A stretch of 64,000 nt of DNA. Source: a virus. The position numbers and the translations under genes were made by a program. The stretch is from the IMG/VR virus record IMGVR_UViG_3300026116_000003, positions 1-64,000 of that record; one strand, written 5' to 3'. Under the pieces are notes generated by a model that saw nothing but the letters and a program-made list of their open reading frames with translations, made no database searches and was not told the origin of the DNA. This document shows, one piece after another, positions 18,058 through 26,468 of this stretch (its first letter is position 1; each line of letters opens with the position of its first letter).

Positions 18058-18099
18058 ACTAGAGTTATCGTCAGCCCTTAGGGATACTTTAGCTTTATC

Positions 18100-18489
18100 T
18101 CAAAGCTTTGCAGCCGCAAGCACTTCAGCCCGGAGCTTAGCCGCGCAGGGAGCGCAGTAGCCGTGAGAGACGAAGCTCCCAAGCGCCTTGCTGCGCTCTT
18201 TGTTATCGCAAGCGCAACAGAGCCAGAGCATAATCTCTTTGCCACGACAAGCAGCTTCGCGGACGAGCGCCAGCGCCGTCAAGTCCGTAATCTTTACTAG
18301 CTCGCTCGTTGAGCACCGAGTCCAGTCTCCGCCGCTAACGGTAAATCCGGCCGGAGCGCCCGTATAGTGCAAGCGCGGGCGGATTTCAGTTTTCGTCCCG
18401 TCCAAGTCCCAAATATTGTAGCCGACGCCAGGAGCGGTCGATTCCAGAGACTTTACCGCCGCCGCAAGTTTGATTGTCATATTCTTCAT
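18100..18489 (-). CDS. hypothetical protein with C-terminal zinc motif
   Basis: CCAC...SHGYCAPC. Confidence 0.6.
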   Translation of the reverse strand: MKNMTIKLAAAVKSLESTAPGVGYNIWDLDGTKTEIRPRLHYTGAPAGFTVSGGDWTRCSTSELVKITDLTALALVREAACRGKEIMLWLCCACDNKERSKALGSFVSHGYCAPCAAKLRAEVLAAAKL

Positions 18490-18520
18490 ACCCTAGTTAT
18501 CGACGCCCTTAGAGAATACT

Positions 18521-18679
18521 TTAGGGGCGATTGATATATCCACTGGGGTTGCGCTTAGCGTCTTCCAGCAAGAGAGCCAGGAGGAACAAAGTATCAGTCT
18601 CGCTTTGCGCCATACCGAGCGACTCCGCGCGCTTCCGGTCAGCGATTAGCGAGTCAATTATTTCATCAAAAGTTTTCAT
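18521..18679 (-). CDS. hypothetical protein (52 aa)
   Basis: MKTFDEIIDSLIADRKRAE...; ATGA overlap upstream, stop lies in the repeat TAA. Confidence 0.5.
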   Translation of the reverse strand: MKTFDEIIDSLIADRKRAESLGMAQSETDTLFLLALLLEDAKRNPSGYINRP

Positions 18680-18858
18680 ATCATTCCGTTCGCGTCGAGC
18701 TCGTCATAGAGCGCTTTCGTCTTCGTTACCATATTATTGTCTCGCTTGAGCCGGCGGAGCTGAACCAAGACGTCGATTACTTCCTCGTCAGTTATCGGCT
18801 CGCCCAAATACTTTGCCATAATTTGCTTCGCCGTGAGTTTCTTTGTTTTGCTTTTCAT
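18676..18858 (-). CDS. hypothetical protein
   Basis: MKSKTKK start overlapping the upstream stop. Confidence 0.5.
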   Translation of the reverse strand: MKSKTKKLTAKQIMAKYLGEPITDEEVIDVLVQLRRLKRDNNMVTKTKALYDELDANGMI

Positions 18859-19100
18859 AAAATTGTAACGCACGGAGCGAAGTGAAAATCCCGCATTGCT
18901 TGTTCGATAGTCATCCCTTCAGCTTCGCCCGTAACAAAGTCTCCATACATCAATTCGGCTGCGTCTGCCCGAGTCTCGAAGTCTCCAGTATATTGCTCTT
19001 CGTGCTTTAGTTTTTTGCAGTCCTTGCAATCAGCAGCGTGGACAATAAAGACGCCTTTGGATTGGTCCCGCAAATTAGGTCCGAAAATTGTCAGTTTCAT
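18855..19100 (-). CDS. hypothetical protein
   Basis: VHAADCKDC...FAPC. Confidence 0.6.
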   Translation of the reverse strand: MKLTIFGPNLRDQSKGVFIVHAADCKDCKKLKHEEQYTGDFETRADAAELMYGDFVTGEAEGMTIEQAMRDFHFAPCVTIL

Positions 19101-19393
19101 AAATCTTGCAAGTAGGGGTTGGGTTTGTAGGTCGGTTCGGGCTTGACGTTGAGCTTTTTGGGCATCATGGCGAGCGCTCGTTCCATCGGAGTTTGCTTTA
19201 CGTCGAAGTGAATCAAGACCGGTTGGTAAACGAAGACTCCACGACGACCGGCGTAAGCGCGCACGTCTTCGATACTTTCGAAGCGAGTTGCCTTTTCGTG
19301 ATTGCGTATCGACTTGAATCCAGTCGGCGGGACGTCTACTAAATACACGTTTTTCTTCTCAAACCAAATTACCCATTTGCTATCAATTTTCAT
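19097..19393 (-). CDS. hypothetical protein
   Basis: follows a promoter repeat. Confidence 0.6.
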   Translation of the reverse strand: MKIDSKWVIWFEKKNVYLVDVPPTGFKSIRNHEKATRFESIEDVRAYAGRRGVFVYQPVLIHFDVKQTPMERALAMMPKKLNVKPEPTYKPNPYLQDL

Positions 19394-19428
19394 ACTGGTA
19401 TATCGACGCCCTGTGGAAATACTTTAGC

Positions 19429-19710
19429 TCAAGCTTTGAAATACTTTGCGATATCGGGAAAGTCTCGCTTGAGCGACGCTACAGCGAGCCGAGCGATTTC
19501 ATTATCAACTTTGCGAATCTCCGCGTTGACTTGCTTGCAAGTTGCGTCAGCCATAAGCTTTATCGCTATGGGCGTGCAACCGTCGTATTTCCCGAAAGAT
19601 GCTTGCTTGCTCAAAGCGTCTCGGATTTGGACAGTATTCCAGCCGGCGTTTAGAAGCTCGCCGATTGCTTTTTGCAGTCTCGCTACCACCGTTTCGTTTA
19701 TCTCGTTCAT
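19429..19710 (-). CDS. hypothetical protein
   Basis: bounded by repeats. Confidence 0.6.
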   Translation of the reverse strand: MNEINETVVARLQKAIGELLNAGWNTVQIRDALSKQASFGKYDGCTPIAIKLMADATCKQVNAEIRKVDNEIARLAVASLKRDFPDIAKYFKA

Positions 19711-19741
19711 ACTAGAGTTCAGCCCTTAGGGATACTTTAGC

Positions 19742-19924
19742 TCAATCTTGAAGAGCGATTGCAGCCGCGCGGGCAAGCTCGACGCCCTTGCTAATCCGGT
19801 CCCGTTCGATTAAGAGCAACGGCTTGAGCATCGTCGATACTCGCGGCGACTTGATTAAGCGGTCGAGACGGTCCCAATCGGCTCGGATAGAGCGAAACTC
19901 TGCATGGGCTTGTAAATAAGTCAT
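19742..19924 (-). CDS. hypothetical protein
   Basis: short ORF in the cassette array. Confidence 0.5.
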   Translation of the reverse strand: MTYLQAHAEFRSIRADWDRLDRLIKSPRVSTMLKPLLLIERDRISKGVELARAAAIALQD

Positions 19925-19930
19925 AAAAGC

Positions 19931-20113
19931 TTAGTTTTCAAAACATTGGACCCACTTAACGACTTGAGACGTAGAGCTACGGATTGTGCTCAAGACGCGC
20001 CTGGCGCGGCTCGGCTCGATATCCATCGGGAGCAATCCTTCAAGCCGCTCGATTGCTTGTTTCATTTGCGTCAGCTCTTCCTGGATTCTATCGTATTCGA
20101 TTGATTTATTCAT
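19931..20113 (-). CDS. hypothetical protein
   Basis: MNKSIEY after a promoter repeat. Confidence 0.55.
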   Translation of the reverse strand: MNKSIEYDRIQEELTQMKQAIERLEGLLPMDIEPSRARRVLSTIRSSTSQVVKWVQCFEN

Positions 20114-20144
20114 ACTCAAGTTATCGACGCCCTTAGGGAATACT

Positions 20145-20387
20145 TTAGCTCAAAGTTGCAAAGACTTCAGAGATAACATAAGCCCAGCCCCGTCGATTGA
20201 ACTGCTGACGAATCCCGTTCCCTACCATTACATTATACGGTTCGAGATTTGCGCCGGCATCTTTGACAAGCTTTAAGATAATCCAGCGTCCGTTGTCGCT
20301 CGATATTCGATAGAATTGGCATTCCACGATTCTGTGGTCGATTTTGAATTGCCCGACTTGCGATTGACTTGTTGCTATATATTTCAT
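20145..20387 (-). CDS. hypothetical protein
   Basis: bounded by repeats. Confidence 0.55.
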   Translation of the reverse strand: MKYIATSQSQVGQFKIDHRIVECQFYRISSDNGRWIILKLVKDAGANLEPYNVMVGNGIRQQFNRRGWAYVISEVFATLS

Positions 20388-20429
20388 ACTAGAGTTATCG
20401 ACGCCCTTAGGGAATACTTTAGCCCTTAT

Positions 20430-21296
20430 TTACAGTCCAGCAACTTTGCGAATCAATCGAAGCTCTTTCTTCGAAGACTCTGCCGGGTCTTTCGCGTCAA
20501 TTACGATATTCTCCGTTACCCCAGGGAAGCAAGCGAGCAAGTCCGCCAGCTCCCGCGCCCGCGCTTGAGCGTCGAGCGACGAGTCCAGGCAGATGTAACG
20601 TCTCGGAAACCCAGCCAGCGTCTTTACTTGCTCGCTTGTCCAGGCGAGCCCAAAGAGCGCTCCAGCGCCGGGACCGACGGCCCAAGCGTCAATAGGGCCC
20701 TCGACGATTACGACGGCGTGGCGGCACCAATCCGCTCCATAAATAACGTGTTTGAGATTGATACTCGCTTCCGTCTCGGGCGCAGACAAGTATCGCTTCG
20801 CTGCACGGTCTCCGATTGCGCGAGTTGTCCAGCTAACGCGGACTCGCTTGCTCAATATCGGAATGTAGATTCGCCAAGCGAGTCGAGCGTCTATCCCGAT
20901 TCCCTCGACTTGCCAGAGACGCTGAATCTCTTCGGGGTCAAATCCACGACGCTTGAGATAGTCCCGGTGGCAGCGTTGCAACGGGCCCCGTCCGCCGGGC
21001 TCTTTCAATCTCCCAGACCACTCCGCTTTCTCCGGCTCTTTCCCTAGCTCGTAATCGTGGAGAAACTCCCGGATGGTTGACGACGAGACTCCGAGCTTGA
21101 GCAACGTCTCCCAAACCGGATGCCAGCGACATTTCCAGCAAGCGAAAAACTTGTCAGAGAGATTGAACCCCAAGTGGTAATTTTGCGAGCCGCAAAAGGG
21201 ACAAACTCTAACTTGCAGCCAGCCAGTCCGGCAATGGTTGTGTCCCGACTCCAGATAGTCGAGTCCAGCGCCAGCTAGTAATTCCTGGATAGTCAT
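20430..21296 (-). CDS. DNA primase (zinc finger plus TOPRIM)
   Basis: CPFCG...CWKC, YLKRRGF, IVEGPIDA, CLDS, KDPAE. Confidence 0.88.
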   Translation of the reverse strand: MTIQELLAGAGLDYLESGHNHCRTGWLQVRVCPFCGSQNYHLGFNLSDKFFACWKCRWHPVWETLLKLGVSSSTIREFLHDYELGKEPEKAEWSGRLKEPGGRGPLQRCHRDYLKRRGFDPEEIQRLWQVEGIGIDARLAWRIYIPILSKRVRVSWTTRAIGDRAAKRYLSAPETEASINLKHVIYGADWCRHAVVIVEGPIDAWAVGPGAGALFGLAWTSEQVKTLAGFPRRYICLDSSLDAQARARELADLLACFPGVTENIVIDAKDPAESSKKELRLIRKVAGL

Positions 21297-21448
21297 TTCC
21301 TCAGGATATATTGGCGCATCAACTTGACGATAGCCTCCTGCATCGTCTGCCCCTTGCGAGCGCAAGCCGCCTTGAATTGGTTCTTGGTATCAATCGGGAT
21401 ACCCTTGAAAAACAAAACACCTTTGTGGTGCTGCAGTTCCGATTTCAT
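21293..21448 (-). CDS. ribbon-helix-helix (ParG-like) regulator
   Basis: LFFKGIPIDTKNQFKAACARKGQTMQEAIVKLMRQY. Confidence 0.7.
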   Translation of the reverse strand: MKSELQHHKGVLFFKGIPIDTKNQFKAACARKGQTMQEAIVKLMRQYILRK

Positions 21449-22797
21449 AATTTCTCTGTTCGTATTATCTCCAGCAAGTCTTCGAAGATATTGAAGCTCT
21501 GAGCGTCTTCTTCTCCGTTCAATACTGCGTCTAGGATATCCGACTTCTTCCGCAGAATTCGCACCAGCTTCTCTTCGATAGTCCCTAACGCCGTCAAGTA
21601 ATGAATGACGACTTTCTTCTTTTGCCCGATACGATGGATACGGTCCTCGCCCTGCAGCAAGTCGCCGGGACTCCAAGGGAAGTCCAGAGCCGCCGCGTTG
21701 CTGGCCGCATGCAAAGTAATTCCGACTCCGGCTGCTTTCCAATTTCCCAACAGCAGATTGACGCGACGATTGGATTGGAACTTCCGTACGGTCTCGTCCC
21801 GCTTGCGCCCGACTACGCGGCCATCGATAACGACGCTGGACGGGAATCTCTCTTTCAATTGGTCGATGACAAAAGTATGCATGGTCAACGCCACGAGTTT
21901 CTCTCCGGGGTGCGCGATAAAGAATTCCTCAATCCATTGCTTGGTCCATTCCATTTTCAACTTGGCTACGAGCCGCAACAGATATCCGACTTTGACGAGC
22001 GCCAGACTCTTCTTCGCCCGCATCGCTCGGGATGGGCTGGTCTCTTTGAGCCAGACCAGAAACTCGTTATCAGCCCTACGATATTCCTTGTAAGACGCCA
22101 GCCGGAACGGAACGATACGCCGAGTCTTGGCCGGCAGCTCCAGCAGCACGTCTTTCTTGAGCCGGCGAATCATGCACTCCGAGCGGAGAATCCGGTTCAG
22201 TTGTTTCAAGTTCGTTGCGCCATCGTATCTCCAGCCCCACGGAGTATATCGCGGCTTGCAATACGCCCAAGCATACTCTTCCCGGGATGGAAACAAATCG
22301 GGGCGGATGATTCGCAAGATGGACCAGAGCTCAATCGGCCGGTTCGTCAACGGAGTCCCGCTCAGCCCGATAACCGAAGAAGCTTTCTTGACCAGCCTCC
22401 GGCTGGCTCTGGTTCGTCTCGCTCTCGGCGTCTTCAGGTAATGCGCTTCGTCAAAGATTACCGTTTGCGGTTTAGCTTTCAATAGAACCGGCAACCACGA
22501 TTCCAGGATATCGTAATTGATAATAACTACAGAGCCGGGAAGCGGCTGGCGTCGCTTCATCTGGCCTTCCAAGACTTCCGTCCGCATATTGAAGTGGATG
22601 GCCGCTTCCGACTGCCAAGTATATTTGACTGAAGCGGGGACTACGATAACGACTGGCCGTCGGCGTGGCGTCTTGAGAATCCAATAGAGCGATTGAATAG
22701 TCTTGCCCAATCCCATTTCATCAGCCAGCAAAGCTCGCCCTTTGAACGCTCGGATTTGACGAGCGCCAGCCAACTGAAATGGTTTAAGCTTGGTCAT
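21445..22797 (-). CDS. SNF2-family helicase
   Basis: LADEMGLGKT, DEAH, SGTP..NRP.EL, QGEDRIHRIGQ. Confidence 0.93.
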   Translation of the reverse strand: MTKLKPFQLAGARQIRAFKGRALLADEMGLGKTIQSLYWILKTPRRRPVVIVVPASVKYTWQSEAAIHFNMRTEVLEGQMKRRQPLPGSVVIINYDILESWLPVLLKAKPQTVIFDEAHYLKTPRARRTRASRRLVKKASSVIGLSGTPLTNRPIELWSILRIIRPDLFPSREEYAWAYCKPRYTPWGWRYDGATNLKQLNRILRSECMIRRLKKDVLLELPAKTRRIVPFRLASYKEYRRADNEFLVWLKETSPSRAMRAKKSLALVKVGYLLRLVAKLKMEWTKQWIEEFFIAHPGEKLVALTMHTFVIDQLKERFPSSVVIDGRVVGRKRDETVRKFQSNRRVNLLLGNWKAAGVGITLHAASNAAALDFPWSPGDLLQGEDRIHRIGQKKKVVIHYLTALGTIEEKLVRILRKKSDILDAVLNGEEDAQSFNIFEDLLEIIRTEKL

Positions 22798-23036
22798 TTC
22801 GCATAATAAGCCGAGTCTAATTTTCCTTCGCGTTCTAATTCTTCAAGGTCTTTTTTGTCGTTGAAAAACTCGAAGCCCGTAATGTTTTGAGACATTGTAT
22901 GCATGTGACGAAACCGCTTATATTCGCCCGGCTTCCACGATTGATGCCGATACCACGATACGTCGGGGATGGTTTTCGTAAAAGGAACTTCGGTCAAGTT
23001 CTCTACTTGCGGAGGAGTATCTTTGTTTGTTTTCAT
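22794..23036 (-). CDS. hypothetical protein
   Basis: ATGA overlap with the helicase. Confidence 0.5.
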   Translation of the reverse strand: MKTNKDTPPQVENLTEVPFTKTIPDVSWYRHQSWKPGEYKRFRHMHTMSQNITGFEFFNDKKDLEELEREGKLDSAYYAK

Positions 23037-23040
23037 AAAT

Positions 23041-23610
23041 TTAATGAGCCCACACTTCCCAAAACCGCAATTCAATCTCTCGTTGCGCTCGCTCGATGCG
23101 TCGCTTGTCCAGGCCTTTGCTCTGGAGATATTCTTTGACTCTCGCCAGCAGTTGCTTCGGCGTCATCTTGCTCCCCAAGTCCAGACTTTCTCCGCGACGC
23201 GGGCCAGCAGCAATCCGCCCCACTTCCAGAATCTCCGCCGGGGTCTCCAGCAGGAGACTGATTATCTCTTGAGCGTCTTCCGACAAGCCACCAATCATAT
23301 CCATAATCTCGCTACGTTGCTCCGGCGCGAATCCAGTCAACTCGTCGTTCATCTCCGTGCAGATTAGCGGGTCTCTCGTCCGCTTCGTTATCCAGCTGCG
23401 CAAGCTCGTCCAGACCTTAAAGTAGCACCAGGAAGAGAACTTAGAACCGCGGCGGCTATCGTAAGTTTGACAAGCGAGCATGAAGGCCAGATAAGCCTCG
23501 CTCCGCGACTCTTCGAAAGTTACTGGACAAGCTTGCGCGACTTTCCACGCCAGACTGCAGAGCATTTTTTCCACTTTGGGAAATTCAATTTGCGGGTCGA
23601 TTTTTGTCAT
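23041..23610 (-). CDS. phage sigma70-family sigma factor
   Basis: Region 2-like ESRSEAYLAFMLACQTYDSRRGSKFSSWCYFKVWTSLRSW; region 4-like LSEDAQEIISLL. Confidence 0.72.
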   Translation of the reverse strand: MTKIDPQIEFPKVEKMLCSLAWKVAQACPVTFEESRSEAYLAFMLACQTYDSRRGSKFSSWCYFKVWTSLRSWITKRTRDPLICTEMNDELTGFAPEQRSEIMDMIGGLSEDAQEIISLLLETPAEILEVGRIAAGPRRGESLDLGSKMTPKQLLARVKEYLQSKGLDKRRIERAQREIELRFWEVWAH

Positions 23611-23677
23611 TTGTCGTTGGTTAGAAAGTATACCTTTCTAACCCGGTGTCAACTCTCAAAAGATAATAAGACGTTAG

Positions 23678-23838
23678 GTTTATATTTACGTATTAAAAGA
23701 CCCAAGAACTTTAGAGATTCGTTATGTAGGAGCCCACCGGAACTTAAAATGCAATTCAAGTCGGCTTGCGCTCGTGATAGAGAAACGATGCAAGAAGCAA
23801 TCGTAAGGATGATGCAAGAATTTTCAGACGAGAGATAA
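23678..23838 (+). pseudogene. decayed GIY-YIG endonuclease N-terminus joined out of frame to an RHH-like domain
   Basis: VYIYVLKDPRTLEIRYVG (23678-23731) with no start codon; in another frame PELKMQFKSACARDRETMQEAIVRMMQEF. Confidence 0.5.
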
Positions 23839-23846
23839 TAAGCAAC

Positions 23847-24905
23847 GTGAAACTAGAGTCGATTACGCTAAACAATTTCCAAGCGCACGAGCGCCTAGAA
23901 ATAAAGTTCTCTCCGACGATTACCACCATCAAGGGCGCTACTGACAAGGGCAAGAGTGCAGTCCTGCGGGCGTTGCGTTGGGTCTGCTTAAATGACACGG
24001 CAGGGGTGGACTTCATTAAGGAGGGGACCAAACGGGCTATCGTTACGCTGACTGTCGTTCACGAGCCGGCTCCGTTAGTCCGGTTGGAAGAAGTGATAGT
24101 CCGCAGCAAGAACGTCGACGGAGCGACTAATACGTATGCACTGGACGGGAAGGAATTCAAAGCGTTCGGGCAAGGCGTCCCTCCAGACATCGCCAAAACC
24201 CTAGCTCTAAGTGAAATCAATTTCCAGGGGCAGCACGACTCTCCATTTTGGTTTGCCGAGACGTCTGGAGAAGTATCGCGGAGATTGAACGCAGTGATTG
24301 ACTTGTCGATAATTGATACAGCGCTGGCTAATATCGGCGCCGAAGTCCGTCGAGCTTCAGAGCGGAAAAGCTTGGGCGAAGAGCGATTGAACGAAGCGAA
24401 GACGCAACTGGAAGAGCTCGCCCCGCAGCGGGAACGGATTGAGGAATTTCACAATGTTAAAGTCAAACAAACTACGCTTAAAGCCGTTGCTGAAGATTAC
24501 GATAAACTGGCAGACGTCCTGGAGCGGGCAAGTTCTAATCAAGCAAGGGTCCTTGCTGCCAAAGCAGCCGACGGCGGTGAGCTATTGGCAGCAATACTAT
24601 CCGCTCGTCGAGCGCAACGAAGTGCTGAAATGCTGGAGGAGATTATCTATTCAATAGGCAAGTGGCAAAGCAAAGCAAAGCCGCCGCCGGACTTTCACCC
24701 AGTACAGATGGCTTGGGGAACTTGGGCAGACGCACGAGCGAAAGCAGAGAGACTATCAACTTTGACTGGTATCGTATTTGATAAACTTTCTATTATTCGC
24801 ACACTAGCGGAAGAAGCTCAACAAGCCGAAGCAAAGTTTCACGCGCAAGTGCGCGGCAAAGTTTGTCCGCTATGCAAACAGATAATTGAACTTGATGAAA
24901 GATAA
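23847..24905 (+). CDS. Rad50/SbcC-like ATPase, N-terminal half
   Basis: LESITLNNFQAH, GATDKGKS Walker A, Q-loop QGQHD, coiled coil, ends at the CPLC hook. Confidence 0.85.
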   Translation: MKLESITLNNFQAHERLEIKFSPTITTIKGATDKGKSAVLRALRWVCLNDTAGVDFIKEGTKRAIVTLTVVHEPAPLVRLEEVIVRSKNVDGATNTYALDGKEFKAFGQGVPPDIAKTLALSEINFQGQHDSPFWFAETSGEVSRRLNAVIDLSIIDTALANIGAEVRRASERKSLGEERLNEAKTQLEELAPQRERIEEFHNVKVKQTTLKAVAEDYDKLADVLERASSNQARVLAAKAADGGELLAAILSARRAQRSAEMLEEIIYSIGKWQSKAKPPPDFHPVQMAWGTWADARAKAERLSTLTGIVFDKLSIIRTLAEEAQQAEAKFHAQVRGKVCPLCKQIIELDER

Positions 24906-25842
24906 GCCTTATCCGATAGCCCTAGCCGTTGCCGACTTGCATCTCTCTTTGCTCCAGCCGGCTTGCCGAGCCGATAAGAGCTGGACGGACGTGCAAGCGG
25001 GATACCTCGAGCAACTAAAAGAGATTGCTGAAATTCGAATGACAGACGGTTCGCTTAGAACTTTGCCTATCCTCTGCGCGGGAGATATTTTTGATAGATG
25101 GAACGCCAGCCCCGAGTTGATTAACTTTGCATTGCACTGGTTACCCGATGGTATGCTGTGCGTCCCTGGCCAGCACGACTTGCCGCTCCACCGGAGCGAC
25201 TTGATGCACCGCTCCGGATACGGAGTATTGAAAAAAGTAGGGAAGATTAGAGACTTGTCTGAAGATGTGGTAACGATAGCAGCGGAGAGATTGATGGTGC
25301 ATGGATACGGATGGGAGCAAGAAATTGAACCGCTGGAAAGTAAATCCCGAGACCGCTTTCTCTACGTCGCCCTCATTCACCGCTACGTATGGACAGTCGA
25401 AGCTGGCTATCCGGGAGCGCCACAGTCTTCCCACTTGAGCTCGCTAATGAAAAGCTTGAAGGGTTACGACGTGGCAATCATCGGGGACAACCACAAGCCC
25501 TTTTTGAAAGAGCTAAAGAACGGCTGCACGGCTTACGGGTGCGGAACTTTTATCCGCCGCAAGACGGACGAGATTGACTACGCTCCTAGCGTGGGAATTA
25601 TTTACTCTGATGGAAAGGTAAAGCGCAAGCTGCTCGACATCTCTGGAGACCGCTTCCACGAAAGCGCTAAAGACCGTCCAGAGACAGCTTTTAATATGAA
25701 AGAGTTTATCGAAGGGCTGGAAGAGCTCGGCGAGCACGGGCTGGACTTTAAGGCAGCCGTTGAGAATCACCTCAAGAATGAGGACGTTCATCCGCAAGTA
25801 AAGGAAATTATCTTGGCCGCGTTAGATAATACGAGAGTATGA
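24895..25842 (+). CDS. sbcD: Mre11/SbcD-like metallophosphoesterase nuclease
   Basis: ADLH, AGDIFD, PGQHD, GDNH. Confidence 0.85.
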   Translation: MKDKPYPIALAVADLHLSLLQPACRADKSWTDVQAGYLEQLKEIAEIRMTDGSLRTLPILCAGDIFDRWNASPELINFALHWLPDGMLCVPGQHDLPLHRSDLMHRSGYGVLKKVGKIRDLSEDVVTIAAERLMVHGYGWEQEIEPLESKSRDRFLYVALIHRYVWTVEAGYPGAPQSSHLSSLMKSLKGYDVAIIGDNHKPFLKELKNGCTAYGCGTFIRRKTDEIDYAPSVGIIYSDGKVKRKLLDISGDRFHESAKDRPETAFNMKEFIEGLEELGEHGLDFKAAVENHLKNEDVHPQVKEIILAALDNTRV

Positions 25843-26153
25843 AAGTAATGCCCGTTCAATGCGCCACTTGTCCCTTCCGGAACGATGTGGACGAAGAGCA
25901 CAAGTCCGTAATGGTTCCGACAATGGAGATGTGCATAAGCCCGGGCGGAGCCTCTCGCATCTGCCATTCGACGGGCCGAGACAATACGTTCCATAAGCGC
26001 ACGGGCAAGAAAGAAATGATTTGCCGCGGGGCCCGCAACTTCCAACTCCAATTCCTTGCTGCCATCGGATTCTTAGAAGCTCCGACGGACGCAGCGTGGC
26101 TAAAGAAATGTCGAGAGCTAGGGATTCAACCGGACCAGGGAAAACTAAGATGA
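25839..26153 (+). CDS. Cys/His-rich hypothetical protein
   Basis: CATCPF...ICH...ICRG; TAGATAATA box upstream. Confidence 0.6.
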   Translation: MKVMPVQCATCPFRNDVDEEHKSVMVPTMEMCISPGGASRICHSTGRDNTFHKRTGKKEMICRGARNFQLQFLAAIGFLEAPTDAAWLKKCRELGIQPDQGKLR

Positions 26154-26222
26154 CGAAGCACGATAAAGATTGCGAGCTCGGAGACAACCACAAAGACTGC
26201 CGCGCTTGTCGAGAGAATAATT

Positions 26223-26468
26223 ATGAGCAACGAAATCACAGAAGAGAAGTATCGAAAGTTAAAGCAGCAAGTCGAAGAGACGAAAGCCGAAGCAAGCCGG
26301 GCCCAGGGAGCGTTGGACCAGCTGCTCACCCGGCTGAAAGAGGAGTTTGATTGCTCTAGCTTGAAGGAAGCAAAAGCCAAGCTGACCGAACTGGAGGCAA
26401 AGAAAAAGAAAGCGGAGTCCGTATTTGAAAAAGTGCTGGCCGACTACGAGGAGAAATGGAAGCAATGA
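26223..26468 (+). CDS. small coiled-coil protein (possible Rad50 arm segment)
   Basis: heptad-rich; ATGA overlap with the next gene. Confidence 0.65.
   Translation: MSNEITEEKYRKLKQQVEETKAEASRAQGALDQLLTRLKEEFDCSSLKEAKAKLTELEAKKKKAESVFEKVLADYEEKWKQ

Larger units (their letters stand above)
12798..20421 (-). promoter_or_regulatory. array of 12 sigma28-type promoter repeats separating gene cassettes
   Basis: TAAAGTAT-N11-G(A/T)CGATA(A/T) at 12798, 13171, 13385, 13808, 14628, 17119, 18065, 18497, 19400, 19718 (deleted variant), 20121, 20395. Confidence 0.85.

Noticed and set aside
12798-20421. CRISPR array or integron attC interpretation of the 27-bp repeats
   Set aside because: The intervals are whole genes of 0.2-2.5 kb, no cas or integrase gene is present in the window, attC core sites are absent, and the motif fits a promoter.
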